From a virus, in IMG/VR virus record IMGVR_UViG_3300013132_005564, positions 1 through 64,000 of that record: 64,000 bases of DNA; one strand, 5' to 3'. Every line of letters begins with the position of its first letter. Position 1 is the first letter of the stretch. Below, one piece after another: positions 8,619-19,600 of the stretch. Below the pieces are notes generated by a model that did no database searches, was not told the origin of the DNA, and saw only the letters and a list, made by a program, of their open reading frames with translations. The position numbers and the translations under genes are program-made.

Positions 8619-9260
8619 CTACTCGGACTTGATGCGATTCACCTCGGCGACGATGAACTCGAGGTCATCCACCGACACCGAGTCGATCGACTTCGGCACG
8701 GGCTCCCCCTTCGTCCGCTCGTTCCAACGCTCGCGCATCTTGTTCTTTTGGTCGGCGTCGAGGTTTTTCGCAAGGGAAACGAAGGAGTTCCACAGGGAAA
8801 CTTTGTTGTCCTGGACGGATTCCGCCTCAATGTATTGCTCGGCCTCGATGGCGTCGTCGCTGCGGGCCAGATACAAACCGACGCCGAGGGTTTGAGCGGC
8901 TTTTTTCAGGGCGTCGGAGATGGCGCCCTTGAATTCGTCGCCCAGGTCCAAAATCTGCCCCTGCTTGGTTCGCTTGATCTTTTGCCCGCCGAACCCGTCG
9001 CGCGAGATCGTCTGGAACTCCGTCATGAAATACTCGATGCGAACGTGAGCGACGACGAAGTCGGGATCGGCGGCGTCTCGCTCGCAACGAACGATCGTAA
9101 AAGACCATTTATCGACGCCGAGAACCTTGTTGAGCCTGTTGATCACCTCGCTCACGGGGATGTAGGTGAGCGCCGTGCCACCCTTGGTGACGGTCCTCTC
9201 CATCTCCTGCGGGAAGTTCTCCGCGAGGGCGTTGTACAGATTGCTGCTTTGCCCGTTCAT
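8619..9260 (-). CDS. Rad52/Rad22-family single-strand annealing protein (Sak-like)
   Basis: LTYIPVSEVINRLNKVLG...WSF, EFKGAISDALKKAAQTLGVGLYL. Start ATG 9260 overlaps the upstream stop. Confidence 0.85.
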   Translation of the reverse strand: MNGQSSNLYNALAENFPQEMERTVTKGGTALTYIPVSEVINRLNKVLGVDKWSFTIVRCERDAADPDFVVAHVRIEYFMTEFQTISRDGFGGQKIKRTKQGQILDLGDEFKGAISDALKKAAQTLGVGLYLARSDDAIEAEQYIEAESVQDNKVSLWNSFVSLAKNLDADQKNKMRERWNERTKGEPVPKSIDSVSVDDLEFIVAEVNRIKSE

Positions 9261-9772
9261 TCCTTTGGCCTCCTGACGATGACGCTGGTTTTGCTTTCCT
9301 CGGACACCTCGCAGTACTCGTCTGCGGTCACGCCGATCCCCGAGAGCGCCTTCACCCTCCAGTACGACGGCTGCAGGTACTTCAGCATTTCCCTGCCGAC
9401 CGTTTCGGGCGTCGCCGCGACCTCGCCCGTGTCGAGGTCCGTGGAGAGTTGGACGATTCGCCTCGACACCACGTCGGCGAGCTCGTCGTGCTTCCACGAC
9501 TTCCTGTCGTAGGAGGTCTTCTTCTCGAGCTTCGTTCCGTCGGCGAGGACGATCTCGGGGAGGTCGGCCATCTTTTCGGCGACTATCGCCACCGAGGAGT
9601 CGTACAGCACCGACACCTCGAGCTTGAGGCGGTTGAGCTCGGACAGGTCCGAGCACGCCGATTCAACGGTCACGGAATCGTTGGCCAGGCTCTTCGTCTC
9701 CGCGTCTATCGCCATCAGCCTGCCGATGACCTCGTTCACGAGCGACGCAATCTTGCTGGTCTCGTTGGGCAT
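9257..9772 (-). CDS. Hypothetical protein
   Basis: 171 aa with GAGGAG RBS; coupled to the annealing protein gene. Confidence 0.7.
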   Translation of the reverse strand: MPNETSKIASLVNEVIGRLMAIDAETKSLANDSVTVESACSDLSELNRLKLEVSVLYDSSVAIVAEKMADLPEIVLADGTKLEKKTSYDRKSWKHDELADVVSRRIVQLSTDLDTGEVAATPETVGREMLKYLQPSYWRVKALSGIGVTADEYCEVSEESKTSVIVRRPKE

Positions 9773-9798
9773 GTGTTACTTACTCCTCGCTAGGTAGT

Positions 9799-11112
9799 TC
9801 ACACGAGGATAGTGGCGGCCCTCCTAAATGGCAAGCCCAAACCTGCCAGGAACATGTATGCGCCGACGGCGGAGTCAACCTGGTCGTCGTGAACCTTGGC
9901 CTCGGGAAAGGACGAGAACTCGTCAAGCCAGTCGGTCATCCAGGGCGCCCTGATGACCCTGACGTTCCCGTTGGCGGCGGCGGCGGAGAACGGTCTCGCC
10001 CTCGTCACCTTGTCCCCGGTGGACCTTATTCCCATGAAGTCGTACCCTGGAACGACGTACCTCGAGTACTGGTCGACGAGCGCCTTGCCGGAGGAACCCG
10101 GCTCCTGCTCCATTCGAACGGACACGGCGGGCCCGTCCTCGGAGGCGGTTTGCGCAACCAGCTGCTCAACCTTGTCGCCCTTCACCCTCGCCCTCTTCAC
10201 GTCGAGCACGTAGGCGACCCCGTCCTCGAATAGCATGAGGGTTCCGACAGTCCAGTCCGGGTCGGGGTTCGATCCGCTCGGCTCGGTCGCGGCCAAGTCC
10301 CAAAATCTCACGGCCCTCGCCGTCGGGCCCATCTTGGGGACCTCGCTGGAGTCAATCACCACGAACGACGTCCTGTCGAACATCGTTCCGAGCGTCGTCG
10401 CCCACCAGTCGCCTTCCTCCAGCCTTCTCCTCTCGAGCGGGTCCAGCGCGGCGAGGGCTATGCGATAGGAGTCGGCGTCAATCCCCGGGTTGTCGGTCAG
10501 CTTCGAGGGCACGAACACCCTCCCCGCATCCGTCCCCTCGACGATGAACCTCTGTCTCACCCAGTTGGGGGCGGGGTTGGAGGCCGCCCTCATCCTCAAC
10601 GGCACCAGGGAGAGGGGGCCCGTTGACGGTCTCCTGAGACGGGAGAACAGGTAGCGGTAGTCGTTCTCCCTTATCTCGGTGACCTCGTCCATGCCTATGA
10701 ACTGGAACTCCGAGCCTTTGTATCGCAGGTAATCGTTCTGGTTGTTGAGGTATCCGAACGATATTCTCGCCCCCGACGGGAAGGTGGCCACGTAGGTGTT
10801 GTTGTTCCAGTGCACGTTGTCGTGCGCGGCTATCCAGCCACGGAACCTGTCCATGAGCGCCCCCGGAAGCGACAGGTCGGCGAAGGTCCGCCTGAACAGG
10901 ATCGCCGAGTAGCCGGGCACGTCGAGGTATTGCATGGCCGACATCAGCAGCGCGGATGATTTGCCGCCTCCCGCCGCGCCCCCGAAGAGCCCCTCGAGGC
11001 AGTTGGTCCTGAGGAAAACCTTCTGCGTCAGCGAAGGCTCCTCAGGGCAGAACATGGGTTTTATCGGCTGGAGCCACTCCAGCACCTTCTCCCAATTGAC
11101 TTCTTCCATCAT
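9799..11112 (-). CDS. terL: Terminase large subunit
   Basis: Walker A GGAAGGGKS, Walker B FIGMDE, coupling motif ASNP, nuclease WDLAATE and HDDQVD. Confidence 0.95.
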   Translation of the reverse strand: MMEEVNWEKVLEWLQPIKPMFCPEEPSLTQKVFLRTNCLEGLFGGAAGGGKSSALLMSAMQYLDVPGYSAILFRRTFADLSLPGALMDRFRGWIAAHDNVHWNNNTYVATFPSGARISFGYLNNQNDYLRYKGSEFQFIGMDEVTEIRENDYRYLFSRLRRPSTGPLSLVPLRMRAASNPAPNWVRQRFIVEGTDAGRVFVPSKLTDNPGIDADSYRIALAALDPLERRRLEEGDWWATTLGTMFDRTSFVVIDSSEVPKMGPTARAVRFWDLAATEPSGSNPDPDWTVGTLMLFEDGVAYVLDVKRARVKGDKVEQLVAQTASEDGPAVSVRMEQEPGSSGKALVDQYSRYVVPGYDFMGIRSTGDKVTRARPFSAAAANGNVRVIRAPWMTDWLDEFSSFPEAKVHDDQVDSAVGAYMFLAGLGLPFRRAATILV

Positions 11113-11137
11113 CGCTCCGAGCTCGTCCGGGTACTAC

Positions 11138-11143
11138 ATTATA
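11138..11143 (-). promoter_or_regulatory. Putative -10 box (TATAAT) for terL in the divergent gap
   Basis: Perfect TATAAT on the minus strand about 25 nt upstream of terL; no consensus -35. Confidence 0.45.
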
Positions 11144-11177
11144 GGTGTCGGCACAAATTCCAGGACGTAAATCCGCC

Positions 11178-11357
11178 ATGAACAAATTCCAAGTAGCTCT
11201 TCAGAAGATGGCCACGAGACAATCAGTCGCTAACTTGCTGATGTCTTCATTTATACTGTTTACGGCAATAGGAACCTTCTTGATCAACCCACCGCTCGGC
11301 CTCATCGTATTCGGGGTCACTGCGGGGGCGGTCGGCTATCTGCTCGGCAAGGAGTAA
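11178..11357 (+). CDS. Small two-helix membrane protein upstream of the portal
   Basis: Two hydrophobic stretches (LLMSSFILFTAIGTFLI, LGLIVFGVTAGAVGYLL) in 59 aa. Confidence 0.65.
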   Translation: MNKFQVALQKMATRQSVANLLMSSFILFTAIGTFLINPPLGLIVFGVTAGAVGYLLGKE

Positions 11358-11366
11358 TCGTAGAAA

Positions 11367-13586
11367 ATGGCGTGGAACTCCCGAACCAACAAGAACCTCG
11401 GAACCGACGGGACAAAGGCGCTGAATCCTGGCGCCCCGGTGGCCTACAACCCATCGCAGGTCGGCAGGCCGTACAGGGACTCGTGGGACATCGAGCGCGC
11501 ATACCGCGAGGGATTTCAGAAGGTCACCTGGGTGAATCGTTGCATCGACGCGATTTCCGGGAACCAATCTCGCCTGCCCATGATCCTGCGGGAGGACAAC
11601 AACCCATCGGGGAGGGTGGTCAGGAAGACGGACAGGAAGATACTGGACATCTTCAACACCAAGGCGAACATGGGGGAGAACTCGTTCGTGTTCCGCTACA
11701 GGTTGTCGTCGCAACTGCTCATGTCGTCGCGCGGGGCCTTCATCGAGAAGATCAGGGGGCGCAACGGCGAGTTGATCGCCCTCCAGTTGCTGCCACCCCA
11801 GCACACCGCCCCGATACCCGACCCGAAGAAGTTCGTGTCCGGCTTCGAGGTGGACATGCGCAACGGAACCAAGGTGACGCTGAAACCGGACGACGTGGTT
11901 TGGATCAGGAAGCCGCACCCTCTCGACCCGTACCTGTCGCTGACGCCCATGGAGTCCGCCGGCATAGCCATAGAGATAGAGAATCTCTCCAAGCTCTACA
12001 ACAGGAACTTCCTGCTCAACGACGGTAGGCCGGGCGGCCTGCTGGTCGTCAGGGGCGAGATAGACGACGACGACAAGGACGAGTTGCGCAACCGGTTCAG
12101 GGGCAACGTCGCGAGGGCTGGGGCCGTGACCGTGTTGTCCTCGGACGAGGGCGTCGACTTCGTGGACACCGGACAGAGCCCGAGGGACGCGAACTACGTG
12201 CAGATGCGCCAGATACAGAAGGAGGAGATTCTCGCCGCCTTCGGAGTCCCCGAGTCCGTGATCGGCAACGCCGCCGGCCGGACGTTCGCCAACGCCGCCG
12301 AGGAGCACAAGGTCTTCTGGAACGAGACGATGCTCCCGCACCTCGAGACGATCGCTCGCGCCCTCGACGAGCTCGACGACGAGTACTACATCGACTTCGA
12401 CGTTACCGACGTCCCCGTCCTGGTGCTCTACAAACAGGAGCGAGACAGGTACCTGATGAGCGAGTACCAGACCGGCCTGATCAGCGGCAACGAGTACAGG
12501 GAGGGCGCGGGGCGCAAGGTGATCGACTCCGAGCTGATGAACGCCATGCTCGCCAACCCGAACCTGACGCCGATCGGGTACACGAACAAGAAGTTCGTCC
12601 AGCAGCAGATGGGCATTCCGGGGATGGGCGGCGCGCCTGCGCCCGCAGGGGCACCAGGCGGACCGATGATTCCCGGCATGGGGCAAATTCCGCCGGTTCC
12701 CGGCGCCCCGGCAGTCGAGGGCGTCGCACCCGCCCCGCAGGAGGGCATGACGGCGGCGCTGCAGGCGGAGGATGTCGCGGCCGCGCAAGCCGGGCAGATG
12801 GGACAGGCGTCGGCGTTCGGGAACCAGGTGACCACCAAATCGCTCTGGGACGAGTGGGACGAGAAGGCGGAGAACTCGCTTGACAGGTGGACCGAGATAC
12901 TGGACTCCTCGCTCGAGCGTTTCGTGGAGCGTCAGCAGAGGGTGATACTCGAGAAGGCCGCCGGCTCAAAATCCAGGAAGGCGCTGGAGGCGGGGAGCCT
13001 CGACTACGAGAGCATCTTCGACCAGAGGATATGGGACAAGCAGCTGGCCGAGGACATGCGCCCGATCCTCAGCGGGATAATGAACGACGCCGCCACGCTC
13101 GTCTCCCAGGAGGTCGGAATGCAGGGCGAAATAGACGAGAAAGAGGCGGCGGAGCACCTGAGGGACCAAGTCGAGAGATTCCAGCAGATTAACGCCACCA
13201 CCGCCAAGGAGATAGAAGGCGCCGTGCTGATATCCATGTCGCTCGGCGAGGAGGAGGACAAAATGGGGATGCTCAAGGCCGCCCTGCTCGCGATATTCGT
13301 CAATTTGCTGAGCAAGCGAAAGAGAAAGATTGCCGAGCACGAGTCGCACGCCGCGTACAACGCAGGATCGTTCTACGCCGGTCGTTCGGTCGGCGCCGCG
13401 ACCAAGACGTGGGTCTCCGAGAAGGATGCGAAGGTGAGACCGGAGCACGCGGGTCTCCACGGCGAAACCGTGGCCATCTACGAGCCGTTCGTTGTCGCAG
13501 GGCAGCAGATCATGTACCCAGGTGATCCGACCGCCCCGATAAATCTGACCATGAATTGCAGGTGCAAGGTGAGGTTCGGATTCTGA
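11367..13586 (+). CDS. HK97-family portal protein fused to a C-terminal MuF (minor head, gp7-like) domain
   Basis: Portal: WVNRCIDAI, LQLLPP, YNRNFLLNDGRPGGLL, ILAAFGVP..VIG, TFANA. A Pro/Gly/Ala linker follows. MuF: KTWVSEKDAKVRPEH..LHG...F.V....MYPGDP......NCRC. Confidence 0.92.
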   Translation: MAWNSRTNKNLGTDGTKALNPGAPVAYNPSQVGRPYRDSWDIERAYREGFQKVTWVNRCIDAISGNQSRLPMILREDNNPSGRVVRKTDRKILDIFNTKANMGENSFVFRYRLSSQLLMSSRGAFIEKIRGRNGELIALQLLPPQHTAPIPDPKKFVSGFEVDMRNGTKVTLKPDDVVWIRKPHPLDPYLSLTPMESAGIAIEIENLSKLYNRNFLLNDGRPGGLLVVRGEIDDDDKDELRNRFRGNVARAGAVTVLSSDEGVDFVDTGQSPRDANYVQMRQIQKEEILAAFGVPESVIGNAAGRTFANAAEEHKVFWNETMLPHLETIARALDELDDEYYIDFDVTDVPVLVLYKQERDRYLMSEYQTGLISGNEYREGAGRKVIDSELMNAMLANPNLTPIGYTNKKFVQQQMGIPGMGGAPAPAGAPGGPMIPGMGQIPPVPGAPAVEGVAPAPQEGMTAALQAEDVAAAQAGQMGQASAFGNQVTTKSLWDEWDEKAENSLDRWTEILDSSLERFVERQQRVILEKAAGSKSRKALEAGSLDYESIFDQRIWDKQLAEDMRPILSGIMNDAATLVSQEVGMQGEIDEKEAAEHLRDQVERFQQINATTAKEIEGAVLISMSLGEEEDKMGMLKAALLAIFVNLLSKRKRKIAEHESHAAYNAGSFYAGRSVGAATKTWVSEKDAKVRPEHAGLHGETVAIYEPFVVAGQQIMYPGDPTAPINLTMNCRCKVRFGF

Positions 13587-13597
13587 TTTAGTAAACC

Positions 13598-13633
13598 TTG
13601 ACGGGTTTATATAAACGGAATACTTAAACCTTG
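13598..13633 (+). promoter_or_regulatory. Putative promoter/operator upstream of the protease giant gene
   Basis: TTGACG-17 nt-TACTTA; palindrome GTTTATATAAAC at 13605-16; TAAACCTTG repeated at 13592 and 13625. Confidence 0.4.
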
Positions 13634-13643
13634 CGCCACCGAG

Positions 13644-16600
13644 ATGAATCGTCGTTTATTATTGACCGAGGACATGATGAACCAACAAGTTTTTGAGGAC
13701 GAGGACTACCTCTACAAGTCCCTCAACGGCCAGATCAACGTCGATGAGGCGCAGGGTATCGTTGAGGCCTTCGTCGCCGGCGTCGGCAACAAGGACTCCG
13801 TGGGTGACATCTGTCTGCCGGGGTGCTTCACGTCCTCCCTCAAGCGCAGGAAGCCGCGCGTCGTCTGGGGCCATGACTGGAACTCCCCGATCGGCAAGGT
13901 CCTCGAGATCTACGAGGTCGGGCCGAACGATCCGCGCCTACCGGCAAAGATGCGCAAGGCGGGCATAGGTGGCCTCTACGCGAGGGTGCAGTTCAATCTG
14001 AAGGCGGAGAAGGGCAGGGAGGCTTTCGCCAACGTTTCGTTCTTCGGCATGGAGCAGGAGTGGTCCATCGGTTACAAGACCCTGGACGCGGTGTTCGACC
14101 CGGTTCAGACCGCCAATCTCCTGAAGGAAGTGGAGCTCTACGAGGTGTCGCCGGTTCTGCACGGAGCGAACCAGCTGACGGGGACGATATCGATCAAGGC
14201 CGACGAGGCCGAGACGCAGATCAAGGAAGGGAAGGGTCCTTGCTGGCCTGGATACAAACAAGTCGGCATGAAGAAGGGCAAGCGCGGGGGGATGGTCCCC
14301 AACTGCGTGCCCGTCGATGGCAAATCGCTCGAGGACGAGTGTTGCCCTGAAGAAAAAGCGGCCGACAAACCGGCCCTGCGTGATCCCAAGGGCGGACTCA
14401 CGGCGGCCGGTCGGGCCCACTTCAAGCGCACCGAGGGTGCGAATCTGAAACCGGGCGTCAGGGGCGCGGCCGACACGCCGGAGAAAATGCGCAGGAAGGG
14501 TTCGTTCCTCACCCGCTTCTTCACCAACCCGAGTGGTCCGATGAAGAAGCCGAACGGAAAACCCACGAGACTCGCCCTTTCGGCGGCGGCGTGGGGGGAG
14601 CCGGTGCCGCAGAACGCGTCGGACGCATCCGCGTTGGCGGCGAAGGGTCGTCGTCTGCTGGAGAGATACGAGAACTCAAAGAAGAAGAAGAAGGACGACG
14701 AGGATTCGATCGAGAACAAGAACCACGTCGCGGCGATCTACGCGGCCGCGAGCGCCCCGCAAAACGAGACGTTCGGGAGGGCATCGCAGCTGACCAGGGC
14801 GTTGGCCGCGAGGTTCGGCGGCCCGGTGAGGTTGGTGACGGCGGACAACGACATAGCGATCTTCGAGATGGGCGCGGGTCAGTCGACGGAGACGATGAGG
14901 GTCGCCTACCACTACGACGGGGATGAGTTCATGATCGGCACGGCTCAGCAGGTGAAGCCAGAGACCGTCTACATCCCGATAAACCAGACGACTTCCGGGC
15001 AGACCGTAGGCGGAGTCACCGCCGGCATATCCGCGCAGCACGGGCACCACGCCGGACACCAGGGTCATTGCTGCCCTGGGTGCGGACACGGTGGGAGTTG
15101 CGACGCTTCCGTCGCCCTCTCGCCGGGCGATGACCCGAGGATTGCGTTCGTAAAACTCAAGTCCCTGGGCGACCAGCTGAATTTCAAGGTGGTCCCGACC
15201 GACGGGGGATTCATACTGGAGGGGTTCGGCCTCCTCAACGAGGAATCCCAGGATTTCGTGGCGAAGAAGGTCGCCGAGGACATGGAGAAAAAGTTCCTGA
15301 ATCCGATCGGGAACGTTTCCCGAAGGAGCCTTGGCGTCCCCGACATCAGAGGATTCGTCCGTGGTTTCAACGTGGACATGAACCCGCTCACCGCGAGGGA
15401 CGCCGACCTCGACAGGCTGGTCCTGGAGGGCAACCCGCTCATCAACATGGGCCGCGGCATCCCCGACCCCACGCCTTTCGGTTCGGCCAACAGACCGTCT
15501 TTTGATCTGCCCGCCGCACGCGGGGACTTGGATCTCGGCGCCCCGAGGATGATGCCCGCCGTGCCCGACGTGCCGCGAAGGGAACCCGAGGAGGTCCCCG
15601 AGCCCGTCAAGCCAAAGGCGCCGCCGGTCAGGCCTCCGCGCAGGGAGCCGTCAAGGCCCGAGAGGGAACCGACAAAGCCGCCAGTCCCCGTCCCGACGAG
15701 ACCCGAGAGGGAACCGGCAAGGCCGAACACCCCGGTTCCGGTTCCGGTTCCGGTGCCAACGAGACCCAGGGAACCGGTCCCGATCGGCGAGGCGAGCAAC
15801 GACAATTTCGCCATAGCGGCCATGGGCGGCGGAAAGCGCACGCCCAAGCAGATAGCCGAGGCGCTGGCGAGCGTCGATTCCGAAAAACGCGAGAGCAGGC
15901 AATCAAGGATGATCCGTCTGCGCGACAGCGGGTTCGACGAGATGCGACGCCTCATGCTCCTCGACGGACCGGATGCCGGAATGGCCGATCCGAACAGGAA
16001 CGGACGCCGTGGACGCGCCGTGCGAATCGATTCTGACGAAACGCTCGAGGAAGTTCTCAGGAGAAGAAGAAGCGGACAAGACATCTCGGACATGACGGAG
16101 GACATTGACCTGCCGAATCCTGGAGACCGTTCCCTCACGGACCCAACCCCTGGGGATGCAGGAATGGCGGGTCGCCCTAGAACGAGGGAGGAAAGCGCTG
16201 ATCTTGGGAGAAAGATCTGGTTGGCAAGGACTCACGACAGGCTTTCGTTGGAGGAGGCTGGCCGTCGCCACGGAGTCTCAAGAGAGGAGGCCCGTCAACT
16301 TGAGCTGAGGCACCAGAAGTACCTGCGAGATCTCGGTGTCGACCATCCGAACAGGGTTGGCAGAGCGACGATCGACGACGCAAACAGTGGTCTGACCGAC
16401 GCCGAGGCCGACCTTCTCCGCAGGCGCCTTGACGGCGAGATGCTCGAGGAGGCCGCCGAGCGACTTGGCACAGACAGGTTTGCCGTGAGAAGGATGGAAC
16501 AGCTTGCTCTCGCAAAACTCAGGAACAGAATAGTGCAAGGTGACGCCGACGCTGGCATGGCCAGGGGCGATGGAGGCAGGGCGGTAGAAGCCGACCGCCC

Positions 16601-19600
16601 AAAAGCGTCACGGGTCGCAAGACCCGAAAGCCCGGGAAAGCGAAGAATAAATAAGGTTGACCCGACCTTCAGCCAGATCTACGAGTCGCTGAGGGATTCC
16701 GGCCCGGACGGGCTCACCGCACCCCAGAGATTGCGCGTGGCGGCGATGATCCGTCTGCGTGACTCCATCAACAACAAGATAACGGCGATGCGGGTCGCCG
16801 GATCCAGGAGGCGCACGTCCCATCTTGGACCGGAAATACAGGAGCTAAACGACGGGATCAAGGGGGCGCGGGAGACGGCCGCCGAGGTCGCCAGAGTCGT
16901 CGTCGGATCAAAAGACGACTTCCTCAATTCCGCCATAAAAACCGCCAACTCAAAACAGGACGACGACCTCGACGCGTCGCTCAATTTCAGGTCGTTCGAC
17001 GCCCTGTCGGACGCCGGCGGAGACGTCGCCAAGGCGTCGCGAATCCTCGGCATGGACGGGGATGTTGTGCTTCTTCGGGCGGCGGCGCACTCAATGAGGC
17101 TGGCCGCCTCCGCTGGACCGGCAAGGCGGCGCATCGCGAGACTCTCCGAGAAACTCAGGCACAAGCTCACCTCTGCAGAGTCCGTCACGCTGAGGATGTG
17201 GATCAACGGAGCCTCGGACTCAGACATAATCGACAGGTTCCCGGCGTTTGCCGACGAGAGGGCCGTCGTCGCCCAGAGGATAAACGCGTTGAGGAAAATA
17301 GGAATAGATCCGACCTCGCCCGAGATGCTGTCCGAGGTCAAGTCCGGAAGGATCTTCTACGACGAGTTCGGTCTCTTCGCCGAGTTGGTGGACGACGCAG
17401 GGCAAACGACGCTGAACCGCCTGGGGGACGGACCGATGGGCGGAATGAACAAGGGCGTCCGTCGCGTGGTGTCCGCCGATTTCGGCGACGGGAGGCGCGA
17501 CTACGCCGTCACGAGGACGATTTCGCGCGACAGGGCCAGCTACGGAGACGAGCTCGTGATGCTGGTTCCGATCAACGGCGACGACGAAGCGACCGTGTCC
17601 ACGCTCATTGGCAGGGCGCTACTCGGGGGTGACTTGCGGGCCTCCAGCGTGGAGTTCCCCGCCGTGATCCGAAGCTCACGCGGGAGGGTTGTCGGGGTGA
17701 CCGACGCATCGGGGAGGAACGTCCCCCTGTTCGGAGAGAGGTCCATAAACGCCTCCCAAGCCCTGGTGGCGACCGAGTCGGCCGCGGCGGAGGAGAGGGC
17801 GTCCGAGCTGATCAAATCAATACGCGACAACGACTCCGCGTCGAGGATAAAGATGGACCAGGACGTGGAGGTCGCCGGAAGGCGCTCGACCAGCCTGAGG
17901 CTGGCCCTCGATCACCTCCTGCAGACCGGGGATTGGATCGGTGGCGACCTCGGCGTGACCGGCCGCGTGCCGGACAGGGACGTGATGTTCTCGTTCGGAC
18001 TGGACGCCGACGACGACGGGAGCCCGATCGTCCCCAACAACTCAACCCAGGACGAGTTCAACGCGAGGGCGGTCTCCGATTTCCTCAGCGACAAACCGGG
18101 CGCGACCGAAGGGGAGATCGACGACTACCTGTCTCGCGTCAACGCGTCGAGGATCGCGCAGGTCAAGAGAAAGGCCGAACTCGCGGCGAAGGAATCGGAT
18201 CGTCTCCGTCACATCAGGGACTCCGCGGAGGAACGCCGTTTGCAAAGAGTGATCGACCTGGAGACGCTCGACCAGAGAATCGCAGAATCGCTCGCGGAGG
18301 AGACGCGGTTCATCTCGTCGCTGAGCGGGGAACAACTCTCCCAGCTGTCGAGGGGCCAGGGCGGGTTTGCGTATGTCGTCCACAAGGGACCGGACAGGCT
18401 CAAGGACGGAGTCCTCGACCCGAGCAAGTCGGCTGGCGTGGACAGGTCGGTCGCCGAGGTCGCTGGCCAGGGCGACACCCGCGGAGCGAACAGGCAGTAC
18501 ATCCAGCGCTTCGTGCAGTCCTACGACAACAAGAGACAAATGGTCTCCTCCGCCGACGACATGATGGCGAGGATTTCGCGCGGAGAACGACAGCTGACCG
18601 TGGACCAGTCGATAAGAAGGTCGCTGAAGGCCGCGTCCCCGCTGATCGCGAGAATCGCCTCCGACTCGGGTTTCCTCAACCTCGACGAGCTCCCAGAGCA
18701 GAAAATTTCCGAGGTCATCAGGGATTTGACGAGGTTCTCCGAATCCCAGCGGGACGACCTCGCGCGCTACGAGGGGATCATGGGGGCCATACGGCGGTAC
18801 GGCGGCACGAACGCCGACCAGCTCCTGTCGGCGGAGGCCGACCCGATCTCGGCCCTGAGCTCACTGAACTTCTATGGCAGGTACGCCGACGCCGACCTGC
18901 CGCGTGACGTCGTGCAGTTTGAGGATGGTTTCGTTGACAACCTGACGAGGAGGTGGAATCCGACCGACGAGGAAATGCTGGAACGCTGGAACGGGTTGGG
19001 CGGAATCCGCGGCGGTGCGTTCGTGGTCCACGGCAAGAGGGATTCCCAGATAGTCAGCGGAGGCCTGCTCGGTCCAACGTCGGAGGCCCAGATAATTTCG
19101 CCACTGAAGCCGTTGGTCGGGTTCTCCACCCCCGTGAGATTGTACGGACAACGGCAGGACGACGACCCGGAGTCCCTAATCCCGATGCTCGGCCCGGCGC
19201 TCGCCGCGAGGGCGATAAAGATGCACAAGAGGGACGGCGAGATAGACATCGAGAGACTGCTCATCGACCCGGACCTAGCTCCAGACGGCTTCGTCGGTTA
19301 CCCCGACGGCGCCTCCGCCGGAATGGCTTCCGCGGACACGACGGACGACGAGTCCCGGACGTACTCGGACTATCGGAATTCGTTGACGCCCCGAGGAAAA
19401 TTGTTCGACGCGCGACTGAGCGGCCTACTACGGGAAGACGTCAATTTCGATCAAATGATCTTCAACGAGGACGACGCGAATTTCTTCAGAAAAACTTACT
19501 CGGAATTAGTTGAGGACAGAAAGAATCCCAGCGAAGCGGACATCTTGAGGCTCGAGGCGCTGATCGACCGCGCCGAGGCCTTCTATCTCCCGTTCCGTCG

